The notes under the pieces were generated by a model, which saw only the letters and a program-made list of their open reading frames with translations, was not told where the DNA came from and did not search any database. From Bdellovibrionales bacterium (GTDB lineage: Bacteria > Bdellovibrionota > Bdellovibrionia > Bdellovibrionales > UBA1609), in the NCBI GenBank assembly GCA_050246815.1, contig JBFWVI010000001.1, forward strand, positions 22,184 through 86,183: a stretch of 64,000 nucleotides of DNA. Reading direction: 5' to 3'. Position numbers and translations under genes: made by a program. Shown here piece after piece: positions 27,274 to 37,249 of this stretch (positions are counted from its first letter, which is position 1; every line of letters begins with the position of its first letter).

Positions 27274-29517
27274 CTAAAGTCGATTCATCAGTTGCAAAGC
27301 GCCCCGCACGATGTCGTCACGGCTGGGCAAACCCGCGGCAGCCGCTTTACCCAAGGGGATAAAACAGTCGTCGGCTGCGATAATTTTAATTCGCGGCACG
27401 GGGTCCATGTTTTCGGCCATCAGGCCGGCTAAAAATTCACTTAAACTGCCGGTTTTCCGACACTCATCCACGATCAATACTTTTTTGCTTTCACCGATTT
27501 CGGCTAGCAGCTTTTCTTTGTCGATCGGGGCGATCCAACGCAGGTCGATGATTTTGGCTTTAAGATTATGTTTTTCTTCCAGGATCTTGGCGGCCTGGCG
27601 CGAATAATAATAGCCATTGCCATAAGTGACGATGGTGAAATCGCCCTCGTCGCCTTGAACGCCAAATTGCCCCGCTTCGATGGTTTCGTTTTCTTTCGGA
27701 TAATGAAAGGTCCAAAGCTTGTCATTGGCTTCGTGCAGGTCGCGGGTCATGTAAAGCGCGATGGGTTCAACAAACACCACCACGCGGCCCTGTTCCCAGG
27801 CCAGCTTGGTGCAGGTACGCCACATTTTGACGGCGTCCTCTCCGTTTGATGGGGTCGCCACGATCAAGCCCGGGATATCGCGGAAAATCGCCAATGAGTT
27901 GTCATTATGAAAATGCCCGCCAAAGCCTTTTTGATAGGGAAGGCCGGCGATTCGCACCACCATGCCATTGGTGAATTGCCCTTGCGAGAAAAACGCCAGG
28001 GTCGCGGCCTCACCGCGCAATTGATCTTCAGCATTGTGCACGTAGGCCAAGAACTGAATTTCAGGGATCGGCAAAAAGCCATTGTGGGCAAAGCCGATCG
28101 CTGTACCTAAAATGGTCTGCTCATCCAGGGGTGAGTTAAACACACGGCGCGGGCCAAAGCGTTTCCAAAGGCCATCGCTGACATTGTACACACCGCCTTT
28201 TTGCGCCACATCCTCGCCAAACACCACCGCTCCCGGATAGCGGGCCAGGGTTTCGTGCAAAGCCATATTGATCAATTTGGCCAAATGAAGTGGCTGCTGA
28301 AGTTTGGGCCACTCTTTACCAAAGACTTCATTCATCACCGGCTCGCCCACGGGGGGTGGAGAGGCTTTGGGGAGGCGGCACTCCAAAAGACTGGCGCGCA
28401 CTTCCTCGGGTTTTAAAAGTTTCGGCCTGGTTTTGGCGTATTCGCCAATGGCCGCCACGCGCGATTCCACGCTCTTGTAAATGCCAATGAGATCTTCTGG
28501 GGTGGCCACGCCATGCTCAATTAAAATCCGCGCCGAGTGAAGCAAGGGGTCGTTGAACTCTTTGGCTTCGATGTCGCTTAAAGTGCTGTACGAAGTTTCC
28601 ATGTCGCTGCCGGCGTGGCCTAGCAAACGCACGGTTTTCATGTGTAAGAACACCGGCTTTTTACGACTGCGGGCAAAACGCTCAGCTTCGCGCGACTTTA
28701 AAACTAAGTCGCACAAATTTAAGCCATCGCAAGAAATGTAGTGAAGGCCCGGGCGCTCACTGTACTGAGACTCAAGCCAATTCTCGGGCGTGCGCACCGA
28801 AATGCCGATGCCGTTGTCTTCGCAAATGAAGACCAGCGGTAAAGCCACGTTTTGGTGGCTCACCCAGAGGGCTGAGTTGATGGCCCCCACCGCGGTGGAG
28901 TGGTTGGTTGAAGCGTCGCCAAAAGTACAAAGCGCCACAGCGTCGGCGGGCATGACTGCGGTTTCTAATTTTAAGTCCCGGGCGCGGCCAATCGAAAGGG
29001 CGGCCCCAATGGCTTTGGGCAAGTGCGAGGCAATCGTGCTGGTCTGCGGTGGAACCATCAAAGGGTAACTGCCAAAGACTTTGTGCCGACCGCCGGCGAT
29101 GGGGTCATCCGCCGAGGCCACAAAAGACAACATCGTTTCATAAAGGGGGGTGGCCCCAGGCAGCTGTTTGGCCCGCTGAATCATAAAAGCACAGCTGCGA
29201 TAGTGCACAAAAGCCATGTCGGTTAGGCGAAAGGTTTTGCCCCAAACCGCATTACCTTCGTGGCCGCTGCTGCCAATGGTGTAAAAGCACTCGCCTTTTT
29301 CTTTTAAAATGCGAGCACGCAGGTCCATTTGTCGACTCATGACCTGGGTTTCAAACAGGTCCATCAGCTCACTGGCACTTAAAGCGGCGTCGGCGGCCGT
29401 GGTTTGGCTTCGAGCGTCGGGAAAGCGCCCCTCGCGGACGAATTTCACAAAGTTCTGATCAATGACTTCAGCACGGTTGTACATGGCAGTGGCGAGATTA
29501 CTGCTGATCGGGCTCAA
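27274..29517 (-). CDS. fused E1 alpha+beta 2-oxoacid dehydrogenase (TPP-dependent)
   Basis: 747 aa. TPP motif FGDASTNHS...ICEDNGIGIS lies in the N-half. Transketolase-like Pyr and C-terminal domains (VFGEDVAQKGGVY...PLDEQTILG) lie in the C-half. Confidence 0.85.
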   Translation of the reverse strand: MSPISSNLATAMYNRAEVIDQNFVKFVREGRFPDARSQTTAADAALSASELMDLFETQVMSRQMDLRARILKEKGECFYTIGSSGHEGNAVWGKTFRLTDMAFVHYRSCAFMIQRAKQLPGATPLYETMLSFVASADDPIAGGRHKVFGSYPLMVPPQTSTIASHLPKAIGAALSIGRARDLKLETAVMPADAVALCTFGDASTNHSTAVGAINSALWVSHQNVALPLVFICEDNGIGISVRTPENWLESQYSERPGLHYISCDGLNLCDLVLKSREAERFARSRKKPVFLHMKTVRLLGHAGSDMETSYSTLSDIEAKEFNDPLLHSARILIEHGVATPEDLIGIYKSVESRVAAIGEYAKTRPKLLKPEEVRASLLECRLPKASPPPVGEPVMNEVFGKEWPKLQQPLHLAKLINMALHETLARYPGAVVFGEDVAQKGGVYNVSDGLWKRFGPRRVFNSPLDEQTILGTAIGFAHNGFLPIPEIQFLAYVHNAEDQLRGEAATLAFFSQGQFTNGMVVRIAGLPYQKGFGGHFHNDNSLAIFRDIPGLIVATPSNGEDAVKMWRTCTKLAWEQGRVVVFVEPIALYMTRDLHEANDKLWTFHYPKENETIEAGQFGVQGDEGDFTIVTYGNGYYYSRQAAKILEEKHNLKAKIIDLRWIAPIDKEKLLAEIGESKKVLIVDECRKTGSLSEFLAGLMAENMDPVPRIKIIAADDCFIPLGKAAAAGLPSRDDIVRGALQLMNRL

Positions 29518-29578
29518 GTTGCAAGAGGCCAGAAAGCTATGTTACCAATTACATCTCTCAACTTTTAAGAGGTGCATC

Positions 29579-30745
29579 ATGGCCTACCAATCCTTGAACT
29601 ACATGGGTGAAGACTCGCTATTGACCAGCGAAGAATTGATGGTCCGCGACAGCGTGCGGGAATTTGTCGAAAGCGACGTGATCCCGGTTCTTCAACAGGC
29701 CAATCGCGAAGAAAAATTTCCGATGCAGTTAATCCCCCGTTTTGGCGAGATGGGTCTTTTGGGCTCGACCATTCAAGGCTACGGCTGTGCGGGATTGGGG
29801 CATGTGGCTTATGGCTTGGCAACTATGGAGCTTGAGCGTGGTGATTCAGGTATTCGCTCGTTTTGCTCTGTGCAAAGCTCGCTGGTGATGTTTCCCATTC
29901 ATGCTTATGGATCCGAAGCGCAAAAAGACAAATATTTGCCCAAGCTGGCTCGCGCGGAACTAATTGGCTGTTTTGGTTTGACCGAACCCGACGCAGGTTC
30001 AAACCCCGGCGGGATGCTGACCAAGGCCGAAAAGGTCAAAGGCGGCTACAAACTGAACGGCAATAAAATGTGGATCACCAACGGTTGTATCTCAGATATC
30101 GCCGTGGTGTGGGCGCGCTGCGAAGGTAAAATCCGGGGCTTTATTTTAGAAAAGGGCATGGAAGGTTTCACGACCTCGACCATGAAGGGCAAATTTTCTT
30201 TGCGGGTGAGTGTGACTTCCGAGTTGCACATGAAGGACGTATTTGTGCCCGAAGAAAATATGCTCCCTAAAGCCGAAGGTCTTAAGGCTCCGTTGAGCTG
30301 CTTGTCGCAAGCCCGCTACGGCATTGCTTGGGGCGTGCTGGGCGCGGCCAACGCCTGCTACGACACCGCATTAAACTACGCCAAGGACCGTGTGATTTTT
30401 GATGGCAAACCCTTGGCGGCTTATCAATTGGCACAGGCCAAGCTGGTCAAGATGGTGCAAGAAATCACCAAAGGTAAACTTTTGGTGATCCAAATGGGTC
30501 GCTTAAAAGAGGCCGGCAAAATTCAGCCCTACCATGTCTCTTTGGCCAAAATGAACAATTGTAAAATTGCTTTAGAGGTCGCCCGCGAAGCGCGCGACAT
30601 GCTGGGCGGCAACGGGATCATCGACGAGTATCCGGTGATTCGCCACATGATGAATTTGGAAACGGTGAACACCTATGAGGGCACCGAAGACATTCATCGC
30701 TTGGTGGTCGGTCAAGAGATTACCGGGATCGCGGCGTTCCGTTAG
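29579..30745 (+). CDS. glutaryl-CoA dehydrogenase-like acyl-CoA dehydrogenase
   Basis: ACAD motifs (GCFGLTEPDAGSNPGGM, YEGTEDIHRLVVGQEITG). The start is set at ATG 29579 (MAYQSLNYMG). Confidence 0.88.
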   Translation: MAYQSLNYMGEDSLLTSEELMVRDSVREFVESDVIPVLQQANREEKFPMQLIPRFGEMGLLGSTIQGYGCAGLGHVAYGLATMELERGDSGIRSFCSVQSSLVMFPIHAYGSEAQKDKYLPKLARAELIGCFGLTEPDAGSNPGGMLTKAEKVKGGYKLNGNKMWITNGCISDIAVVWARCEGKIRGFILEKGMEGFTTSTMKGKFSLRVSVTSELHMKDVFVPEENMLPKAEGLKAPLSCLSQARYGIAWGVLGAANACYDTALNYAKDRVIFDGKPLAAYQLAQAKLVKMVQEITKGKLLVIQMGRLKEAGKIQPYHVSLAKMNNCKIALEVAREARDMLGGNGIIDEYPVIRHMMNLETVNTYEGTEDIHRLVVGQEITGIAAFR

Positions 30746-31037
30746 AGCAAGATAGACTCCAGGCGGATCGCCGATCACTTCGAAATCAGAAGAACAGTTT
30801 TTAAGATTTTTTCAGTCGTCGCCGGATTCGAGCTTTTGTTCTTTCGGCTGCCAATTTTACGCGCAAGTTCCAGGACTCGCAATCGCCCCGGCCGGTCAAT
30901 CGCTTGTGACGGCACTTTTCTTTTATTTCTTCGCGCGGAGAAAAGGTTGCTGCATAAAGAGAGCCGAGTTCTGCGGCGGAGGTCATGAGAACTGTATTCG
31001 AGACGGTTGGCTGATGCAAGACCGCGCTAGATCTTGC

Positions 31038-31898
31038 TTAGAATGGGAAAAATAATTTTCCGAAGATTGAAAGCATATGGCCAATTTCACGAATCAATTC
31101 TGGTCCCACGGTTATTGCCACGTATCCGATCCAGAGGACTCCGCCGGTCCACACTACATTCTGGCCGATTCGAATTGTCTTTTCGACGCCATTTTCCGTT
31201 GCGGTGACCTTCAAAACTTTTATCATAAAATCACTTTTTGTGACGTCACCAACAATTAATATTTGATCTGTTTGGGCGTTCGAGTTTTCCACCAAACTTC
31301 TAATAATGTCTTTGGATTGATCAAAAAAATCGTGATCAGTTCGAATGGGGCAATCAAGGCCTGTCTGCGCGCAATTTAAGATGTGGCTGATGCGAGCGTT
31401 ATTGTAGCTGCCAAAGCTTTTAAATTCGAAATTTGTCCATCGCCCAGGATTAAAGCTTGCAGCCAAAGATGCGGCGATCTCAGGGGTCTTCTGAAATTTA
31501 AATGCCAAACCGCTGGGCAATCGTGTGGCCTCCGTGACCTGCAAATAGGCGAGGGGGGGTGCCGAGCTCTGGATCAGGAGTGCAATATTTCGCCAGTCAT
31601 CCTTTGCGGAAACCGCTGGCGCTTCAAAGTCCTCGCCGTGAGCCGCCAAAATTTTTCCATCCGCGATGATATACATTTTGCCATCGGTATTGAAGCCAAC
31701 AACAACGTCACCAGGTTCAAGTAGCTCACTTACTTTCGGATTTTCGGCCTTAATTAACGCAAGATCGCATACTTTAGGATTAGTTCCTGCGGCTGGCTGG
31801 GGGGCCGCAAAGGATTGGCTCACAAGGGTATTCGCGGCCATTAGACAAATACCAAAGCGGAAAGTATTTCTTTTTAGTGAGCTTGTGATGCTTCTCAT
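31038..31898 (-). CDS. secreted/membrane hypothetical protein
   Basis: SD AGAGGGAAA upstream of ATG 31898. It has a signal peptide, a C-terminal TM helix, and GC lower than the flanks. Confidence 0.55.
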   Translation of the reverse strand: MRSITSSLKRNTFRFGICLMAANTLVSQSFAAPQPAAGTNPKVCDLALIKAENPKVSELLEPGDVVVGFNTDGKMYIIADGKILAAHGEDFEAPAVSAKDDWRNIALLIQSSAPPLAYLQVTEATRLPSGLAFKFQKTPEIAASLAASFNPGRWTNFEFKSFGSYNNARISHILNCAQTGLDCPIRTDHDFFDQSKDIIRSLVENSNAQTDQILIVGDVTKSDFMIKVLKVTATENGVEKTIRIGQNVVWTGGVLWIGYVAITVGPELIREIGHMLSIFGKLFFPF

Positions 31899-31962
31899 TG
31901 AGTTTCCCTCTTGGTCTATCAAATAAAATTAATTAACGTCCATTTCGCGCAGAGCCACTTTA

Positions 31963-32304
31963 TCAAGGCTTGTGTTCCAGAACGATTTTTTCTGTCTCAG
32001 CGCCGCCGCGCGCGCATTCGATTTTCAGATTGATTTTGTCTGCCGTGATCAATTCGGCCAGCTGCTCGGGAGATAAACCAACTGATTGGATTGCTTGACT
32101 TGAAATAAATAAAGTCGGCTTTCCTTCGGCTGCCGTTTCAACGACCAGCATTTGTTCTTTCGAAAGACCTAGAACCTTTGTGATGGTCGTGCCGTCGCCG
32201 TAATAAACACATTTGTTCAGAGGTATTAAGGCAACATCCGCTGCTGAATTTGTGGCTGCAAGGCTGAGGACAAAAGCGACGAATGTAGAGATTGGATTTA
32301 TCAT
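31963..32304 (-). CDS. small secreted hypothetical protein
   Basis: 113 aa with signal peptide ...LAATNSAADV. Confidence 0.5.
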   Translation of the reverse strand: MINPISTFVAFVLSLAATNSAADVALIPLNKCVYYGDGTTITKVLGLSKEQMLVVETAAEGKPTLFISSQAIQSVGLSPEQLAELITADKINLKIECARGGAETEKIVLEHKP

Positions 32305-32452
32305 TTTTTCACCTCTGTGCGAGTTTTAGTCACTGCACCCGCAAGTCATTCAACGTGAGAGGGCAATGAGTCATGAGAAGCTGCAGACTTGCAAAGCGCA
32401 AGCCAGTGAAGTCGCGCGTGATGGCGCTTAGGATGAAGGCGTCGGGTTTTGT

Positions 32453-33301
32453 TTACGGCTTCATGCAGTTCTCGCCTAGTGTTGCAGTCATGCCGGGTTT
32501 GATTTTGACTGAACACGTGCGAGTCTGATCAGATACCCGAATAAAATGCACATCCACTTGATCCGCGGCTTGGGGGATGTCCAAACTGACCCAGTGCTGT
32601 GTCATGGGGGCCAAATAGCGCGTTTTGATTTGAAAGCCGTCTTCTTCATAGTTCACCGGCGTTGACCGATTCACTTCGCGGCCCGATCCCGCCACAATCG
32701 CGTTGACCCCGCCAAAATCCACCAAGGTGCTGATGTGATCATGCCCCAAAAGAACGGCGGTTAAACGCTCGATGTTTTTCTTAAAGAAAGCACGCAGGCA
32801 GCGTTGAAACTTTTCTTTGCCACGCCAATCATGGCCGGCATTCAAATTAAAAGTGGGGTGGTGGTAAACCAAAAATACCAATTTTTCGGTGACTTTCTCA
32901 ATCTCTTCATCAAGCCAAGCACATTGTAGCTCAGCATTTTCGACATTGTCAGAGTTCAGAACAAGAAAGCGCGCGCCATTTTTTTCAGTGGAAAAGAATT
33001 CGCCGGGCATACCAAAATAATGAATTTCATTTTGATAACCTTTGTGATGGTTGCCTAAGGCCACCACGTCAAAGCGAAAACCCTCTCTTTTCCAGCGATC
33101 CCAGGTCCAGTTGTAGCGGCCGAAGTACAGATTGTCGCCGGGCAAGATCAAGGATTGGACTCTTTCAAGCCCTATAGAATCGCGCAGGTTGTCCAGATCT
33201 GTGCCTGTTAAGCCAGCATCACCAATAACCGCCATTCTGGCATCGGCAAAAACCGACGGACTGCAAAGAATAAGTGATAGCCAAACAAGCAAACGCGCCA
33301 T
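32453..33301 (-). CDS. secreted metallophosphoesterase (calcineurin-like)
   Basis: Motifs VIGDAG, LPGDNLY, GNHH and GHDH. Signal peptide MARLLVWLSLILCSPSVFA, with SD GGGAGGGG upstream of ATG 33301. Confidence 0.8.
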   Translation of the reverse strand: MARLLVWLSLILCSPSVFADARMAVIGDAGLTGTDLDNLRDSIGLERVQSLILPGDNLYFGRYNWTWDRWKREGFRFDVVALGNHHKGYQNEIHYFGMPGEFFSTEKNGARFLVLNSDNVENAELQCAWLDEEIEKVTEKLVFLVYHHPTFNLNAGHDWRGKEKFQRCLRAFFKKNIERLTAVLLGHDHISTLVDFGGVNAIVAGSGREVNRSTPVNYEEDGFQIKTRYLAPMTQHWVSLDIPQAADQVDVHFIRVSDQTRTCSVKIKPGMTATLGENCMKP

Positions 33302-33398
33302 AACCCCTCCCCAGGAAGTCACCTCCAACTTCAGCGCGAGAGGACTTAGTTGTAAAGAGGAACTTAGACAGGATTTGGTTTGTTTAAAAAATGAAGAA

Positions 33399-33854
33399 CT
33401 ATTTTCGCCCCTCAGTTTTGGGGCGTTTCACTTTCTTCTGGATTAAATGAGCACCCAGCACAAGCGGTAATGCCAGCCCAATCGCCCAATGTGCCAAGCT
33501 TGTCAGCTCCCGAAGTCGTTCATGAGAGACATAATAAAGCGCAACACCCGACAGCGACAAAAAAGCGTAAATCGCGTAAAGCGAAGCTCCGCTGCGGCGC
33601 TTATGCCGGCTGCGCCATTGCGGAATCACATGCAAGCCCGTCAAAGTGCCAAGTAAAAAAATCGAAAAGGCGGCCAGCCAACCATGCAGCTGTAAAACCT
33701 TGGCTTGTCCAGTCCAGCGCGAAGCGCCGAATTCATTTTCAAGGCGAACCCAGTTTTCCAAAACCAGCCAAACCAGTCCGCTCAGCAAAAGGGCGATTAA
33801 AACGCCGACGGCGCTCCAGAGCCAAACTTTAAGGGATTTCGAGGTCTTTACCAC
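33399..33854 (-). CDS. 4-TM His-rich membrane protein (DUF4405 / cytochrome-b-like candidate)
   Basis: 151 aa with four predicted helices. Conserved-looking His residues occur in LHGWLAAF, GLHVI, AHWAIGLA and GAHLI. It overlaps the ApbE stop by 7 nt. Confidence 0.6.
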   Translation of the reverse strand: MVKTSKSLKVWLWSAVGVLIALLLSGLVWLVLENWVRLENEFGASRWTGQAKVLQLHGWLAAFSIFLLGTLTGLHVIPQWRSRHKRRSGASLYAIYAFLSLSGVALYYVSHERLRELTSLAHWAIGLALPLVLGAHLIQKKVKRPKTEGRK

Positions 33855-34588
33855 CCGATGACTTCTGCTGGATTTTGGGAGGCCATGTCAAAAACAATCG
33901 CCCGGGCTGAATATTTGTTTAGGACTTCACCTTTTTGCGACCCCAAGCCAGCCACCACTTTGGTTAAGCCATCAGCCAATGCACAGGTTGGGGCCACAAC
34001 ACTAATCAAGGTTTCATTTGCAGAGGTTGAAATCCCGCGACTGGCGAAACGCTCACGCGAGGCATTTTGCAGGGATTGGGGTTTGGTCAAAGATGTGGCC
34101 AATGCCCCTTCTATGAGTTCAATTTCAGCTAAGGGTTGTGGACTTAAGGGGGATGCAATGGGGATCTTTTGCAAGCGTGGTCCGAAGGCCCTTAGATCGC
34201 CACCGGCATTCACCAAACCTTGTTTCACCCCAGCGGCCTTTAAAAAGTCGACGGCCTGATCCACGGCGTAGCCTTTGGCAATGCCGCCTAAATCCAATTT
34301 ATTGTTGGTGAAGGGGCAAAAAGAGCCATGGGAATTTTTAAAAAGATCGCGGGTGATGGCCAAAAGATTTTCACTCCAGGTGAAAGCGTCGGGGTTCATT
34401 TTTTCATTCAAGGAATGCAGCCAATTGCCTGGACGAAAAAAACTGGCCTCGCGGTCGATTTCCTCAATTAGCGAAAAAGCCTGGGTGATCAAGGGGTGTG
34501 CAGATTCTTCATCAAGCCCCTCAACCGTGATCGTGATGTAGGTGCCCAAAATTGGGCGTCGTCTATGGATTTTGTTTTGCGGGATCAT
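33848..34588 (-). CDS. apbE: FAD:protein FMN transferase (ApbE family), short form
   Basis: ILGTYITITV (cf. MGT..I.V), LGGIAKGYAVDQ and VNAGGDLRAFG motifs. At 246 aa it is shorter than typical ApbE proteins, and no obvious signal peptide is present. Confidence 0.8.
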   Translation of the reverse strand: MIPQNKIHRRRPILGTYITITVEGLDEESAHPLITQAFSLIEEIDREASFFRPGNWLHSLNEKMNPDAFTWSENLLAITRDLFKNSHGSFCPFTNNKLDLGGIAKGYAVDQAVDFLKAAGVKQGLVNAGGDLRAFGPRLQKIPIASPLSPQPLAEIELIEGALATSLTKPQSLQNASRERFASRGISTSANETLISVVAPTCALADGLTKVVAGLGSQKGEVLNKYSARAIVFDMASQNPAEVIGW

Positions 34589-35123
34589 AGTTTTTCAACA
34601 TATGCTGATAAAGCGACAACAGACGCTTTGCGCCTTCAGCCAGGTGACGGCAAGAAAGCGTCGCGCCCGAAATATTTTTGATGCTTTGATTAAATTGAAT
34701 GCTTTCCACCGAATTTTTACCAACAAACTGCTCGCGCCATTTGGCATCACGCACTTCATCGCCATAGCTTTCGCGGTACTCTAGGATTTCAATTCCCAGG
34801 ACTTTGCCACTTTTGTCGATCGCCATTGCGTAGAGGATATCTTCGTGCTTACCTAAAACGCGGTCCAATATAAACCAATCGTCTTCGTTCGAGCGCCAAA
34901 GGCGGGGTTGAATTTTAGGCCAACGGACTCCGCTTTCTTGCGCCACCAAAGCCCGAGTGACTTCGGGCAAGGCCAGAACCACTTCGCTTAATGTTTTTTG
35001 CGGCAAAAGAACATTTTGCGCCTGCTCTAGACTTAAGTAAGTTTCGGCGCCTGAGGCCGGTTGGGTGAAACCCGCGGCAATTGGAATTAAGAAAGTGGCT
35101 TGCGCGTAAGGCTTAAAATTCAT
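34563..35123 (-). CDS. FMN-binding domain protein (flavinylation substrate)
   Basis: FMN_bind motif NISGATLSCR. Signal-like N-terminus from ATG 35123 (MNFKPYAQATFLIPIAAGF). Confidence 0.7.
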   Translation of the reverse strand: MNFKPYAQATFLIPIAAGFTQPASGAETYLSLEQAQNVLLPQKTLSEVVLALPEVTRALVAQESGVRWPKIQPRLWRSNEDDWFILDRVLGKHEDILYAMAIDKSGKVLGIEILEYRESYGDEVRDAKWREQFVGKNSVESIQFNQSIKNISGATLSCRHLAEGAKRLLSLYQHMLKNYDPAKQNP

Positions 35124-35127
35124 GGCG

Positions 35128-35997
35128 TCACAGGGTCCAAGCCATAACCAAGCGGGTTTCATGCACTTCGTGTTCACTTAGGTGCAAGTTGTGTCGGCGG
35201 GAATGGTCATCCATCCAACCGTAAACTTGCGGCAAAAATGTCAAAGTCGCCCAAAAGTGCTTTTTTGCGTAGTGAATGTTTGGGCCTAAAAAAAGCGCAT
35301 AGTGTTCAATGGGAAATTCGGTGTCAGGATACTCCGAGTGGTAGCGGGCTTCAAGCCCGGCCATCCAATTTGAGCGCAAGCGGTAAGAAAGTCCTGTGGT
35401 GGCTTCCACCGCCAATTCGCTGGCGAAATCGTCCTCGCCCTCGAAGCGGCGCCATTCCCACTCGGGCGAGAAGTTGAAGGCAAAAATTAAAGTGTCATCC
35501 ATAAAGTTTTTTTGGAATAAAACCTTAAATTCGAAAGAGTACTCTTGCTGACGTTGGCCGGTGATTTTGAACACCGTTGAGTAGCCAGGCTCAAAGTAAA
35601 GTGAAAGTCCATACGGGTTTTGGTACGGGCTTTTTAAGTTGTGAACAGCGGCAAACTGCACGCCTTGAAAGTTGAAGGATTCACGATTGGCGTACTCGGG
35701 GTCACCATTTTCATCGGTGGGTGCGGCATTTTCAATCTTGTGGTAGCTTTGATTTAGATACATGGCCACAGCGGTTTTGTCGGTCCAGCCGTACTCAATT
35801 TCTTGGCGGATATCCAAGGCGCGATATTTGCCCGCGCCTTTGTTGGCGCGGTAAGTGGTCCAACTGTAAACTTCAAGGGCCCCTTTAGGGAAAGGCTCGG
35901 CCGTGTAGCTGTAGCCGAAGATTTTTTCGCCAGCAAAAGTGGGACAAGTCAGGGTCGTCGCGGCAATCAAAAACAAGACTGAAAGTAAGCGAAGCAT
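35128..35997 (-). CDS. putative outer-membrane beta-barrel protein
   Basis: 289 aa with signal peptide MLRLLSVLFLIAATTLTCPTFA and aromatic-rich alternating strands. Confidence 0.55.
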   Translation of the reverse strand: MLRLLSVLFLIAATTLTCPTFAGEKIFGYSYTAEPFPKGALEVYSWTTYRANKGAGKYRALDIRQEIEYGWTDKTAVAMYLNQSYHKIENAAPTDENGDPEYANRESFNFQGVQFAAVHNLKSPYQNPYGLSLYFEPGYSTVFKITGQRQQEYSFEFKVLFQKNFMDDTLIFAFNFSPEWEWRRFEGEDDFASELAVEATTGLSYRLRSNWMAGLEARYHSEYPDTEFPIEHYALFLGPNIHYAKKHFWATLTFLPQVYGWMDDHSRRHNLHLSEHEVHETRLVMAWTL

Positions 35998-36142
35998 CGG
36001 GGTCCTTTCAATTGGGTAACTTGGCTAACAGAAGTACGAATTGTGATTGGCAAAGTCAAAGAACCGGCCTAAACGACGAAGGTCGAAAATCTATTAAAAA
36101 GGTAAGGAAAACCAAATGAGAATGCGAGACGAAATGTCCCGC

Positions 36143-37243
36143 CTAAACGTTGAACCTAAACAGCATGATGTCACCGTCTTGGACAATGTAATCTTTGCCT
36201 TCCGAGCGATAACGGCCGGCCTCTTTGACCGCCGCTTCGGTTTTGTATTTGAAGAGGTCATCGCAGTGATAAGTTTCAGCGCGAATAAAACCGCGTTCAA
36301 AATCCGAGTGGATCACGCCAGCCGCACCAGGGGCCTTGGTGCCGCGTTCAATGGTCCAAGCCCGCACTTCTTTTTCGCCGGCGGTGAAGTAGGTGATTAA
36401 GTTTAAAAGTTTGTAAGATTCGCGAATCAGGCGGCTTAAGCCCGACTCCTCAACGCCCATGGATTTTAGAAATTCCACGCGTTCTTCCGGGGCCAGTTGG
36501 GCAATCTCGGCCTCCATCGCGCTGCAAATCATGAGGCTCTGATTACCTTCAGACTGCGCACGAGCTTTGACCTTGTCGACCAAATCCGATTTGCCACTTT
36601 GAAACTCAGCTTCGCCCACATTGCAAACGTAAAGCACCGGCTTGCTGGTCAGCAGATGCAGTTCTTTTAAAATTGGCATTTCGGCTTCTTCAACCGGCAC
36701 GGTGCGGGCCGGTTTTCCGGCCTGAAGTGCATCGTAAAGCTTTTTGCAGATGCTGAATTCGACTTTGATTTTAGCGTCTTTGGTCGATTGGGCAATTTTC
36801 TCGATCTTTTTGTAGCGCTTTTCGACGGAGTCCAGGTCAGCCAGCATCAGTTCGGTGTTGATCACGTCGATGTCGCGAATGGGGTCCACATGGCCTGAAA
36901 CGTGAATGACGTTGGGGTCCTCAAAACAGCGCACCACATGCACGATGGCATTGGTTTCACGGATGTTAGCCAAAAATTTATTTCCCAAGCCTTCGCCTTG
37001 GCTGGCGCCGGCCACAAGTCCCGCGATGTCCACAAACTCCATGACCGTCGGTACGGTTTGCTGAGGTTTGACGAAAGCGGTGATTTGGTCCAAACGTGAA
37101 TCGGGCACGGTCACCACCCCGACGTTGGGATCAATGGTGCAAAACGGATAATTGGCGGCTTCTGCTTTTGCGGAGGTCAAAGCATTAAAGAGAGTGCTTT
37201 TGCCGACGTTGGGAAGTCCGACGATGCCACATTGTAAAGCCAT
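36143..37243 (-). CDS. ychF: redox-regulated ATPase YchF
   Basis: [23 protein letters not shown] and a TGS-like C-terminus. Confidence 0.95.
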   Translation of the reverse strand: MALQCGIVGLPNVGKSTLFNALTSAKAEAANYPFCTIDPNVGVVTVPDSRLDQITAFVKPQQTVPTVMEFVDIAGLVAGASQGEGLGNKFLANIRETNAIVHVVRCFEDPNVIHVSGHVDPIRDIDVINTELMLADLDSVEKRYKKIEKIAQSTKDAKIKVEFSICKKLYDALQAGKPARTVPVEEAEMPILKELHLLTSKPVLYVCNVGEAEFQSGKSDLVDKVKARAQSEGNQSLMICSAMEAEIAQLAPEERVEFLKSMGVEESGLSRLIRESYKLLNLITYFTAGEKEVRAWTIERGTKAPGAAGVIHSDFERGFIRAETYHCDDLFKYKTEAAVKEAGRYRSEGKDYIVQDGDIMLFRFNV

Positions 37244-37249
37244 TTTCAG

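Noticed and set aside
30801-31019. 72-aa minus-strand ORF with a basic C-terminus (…ERTKARIRRRLKKS)
   Set aside because: It has a TTG start, no SD and no recognisable family. It could be real, but support is too weak to call.
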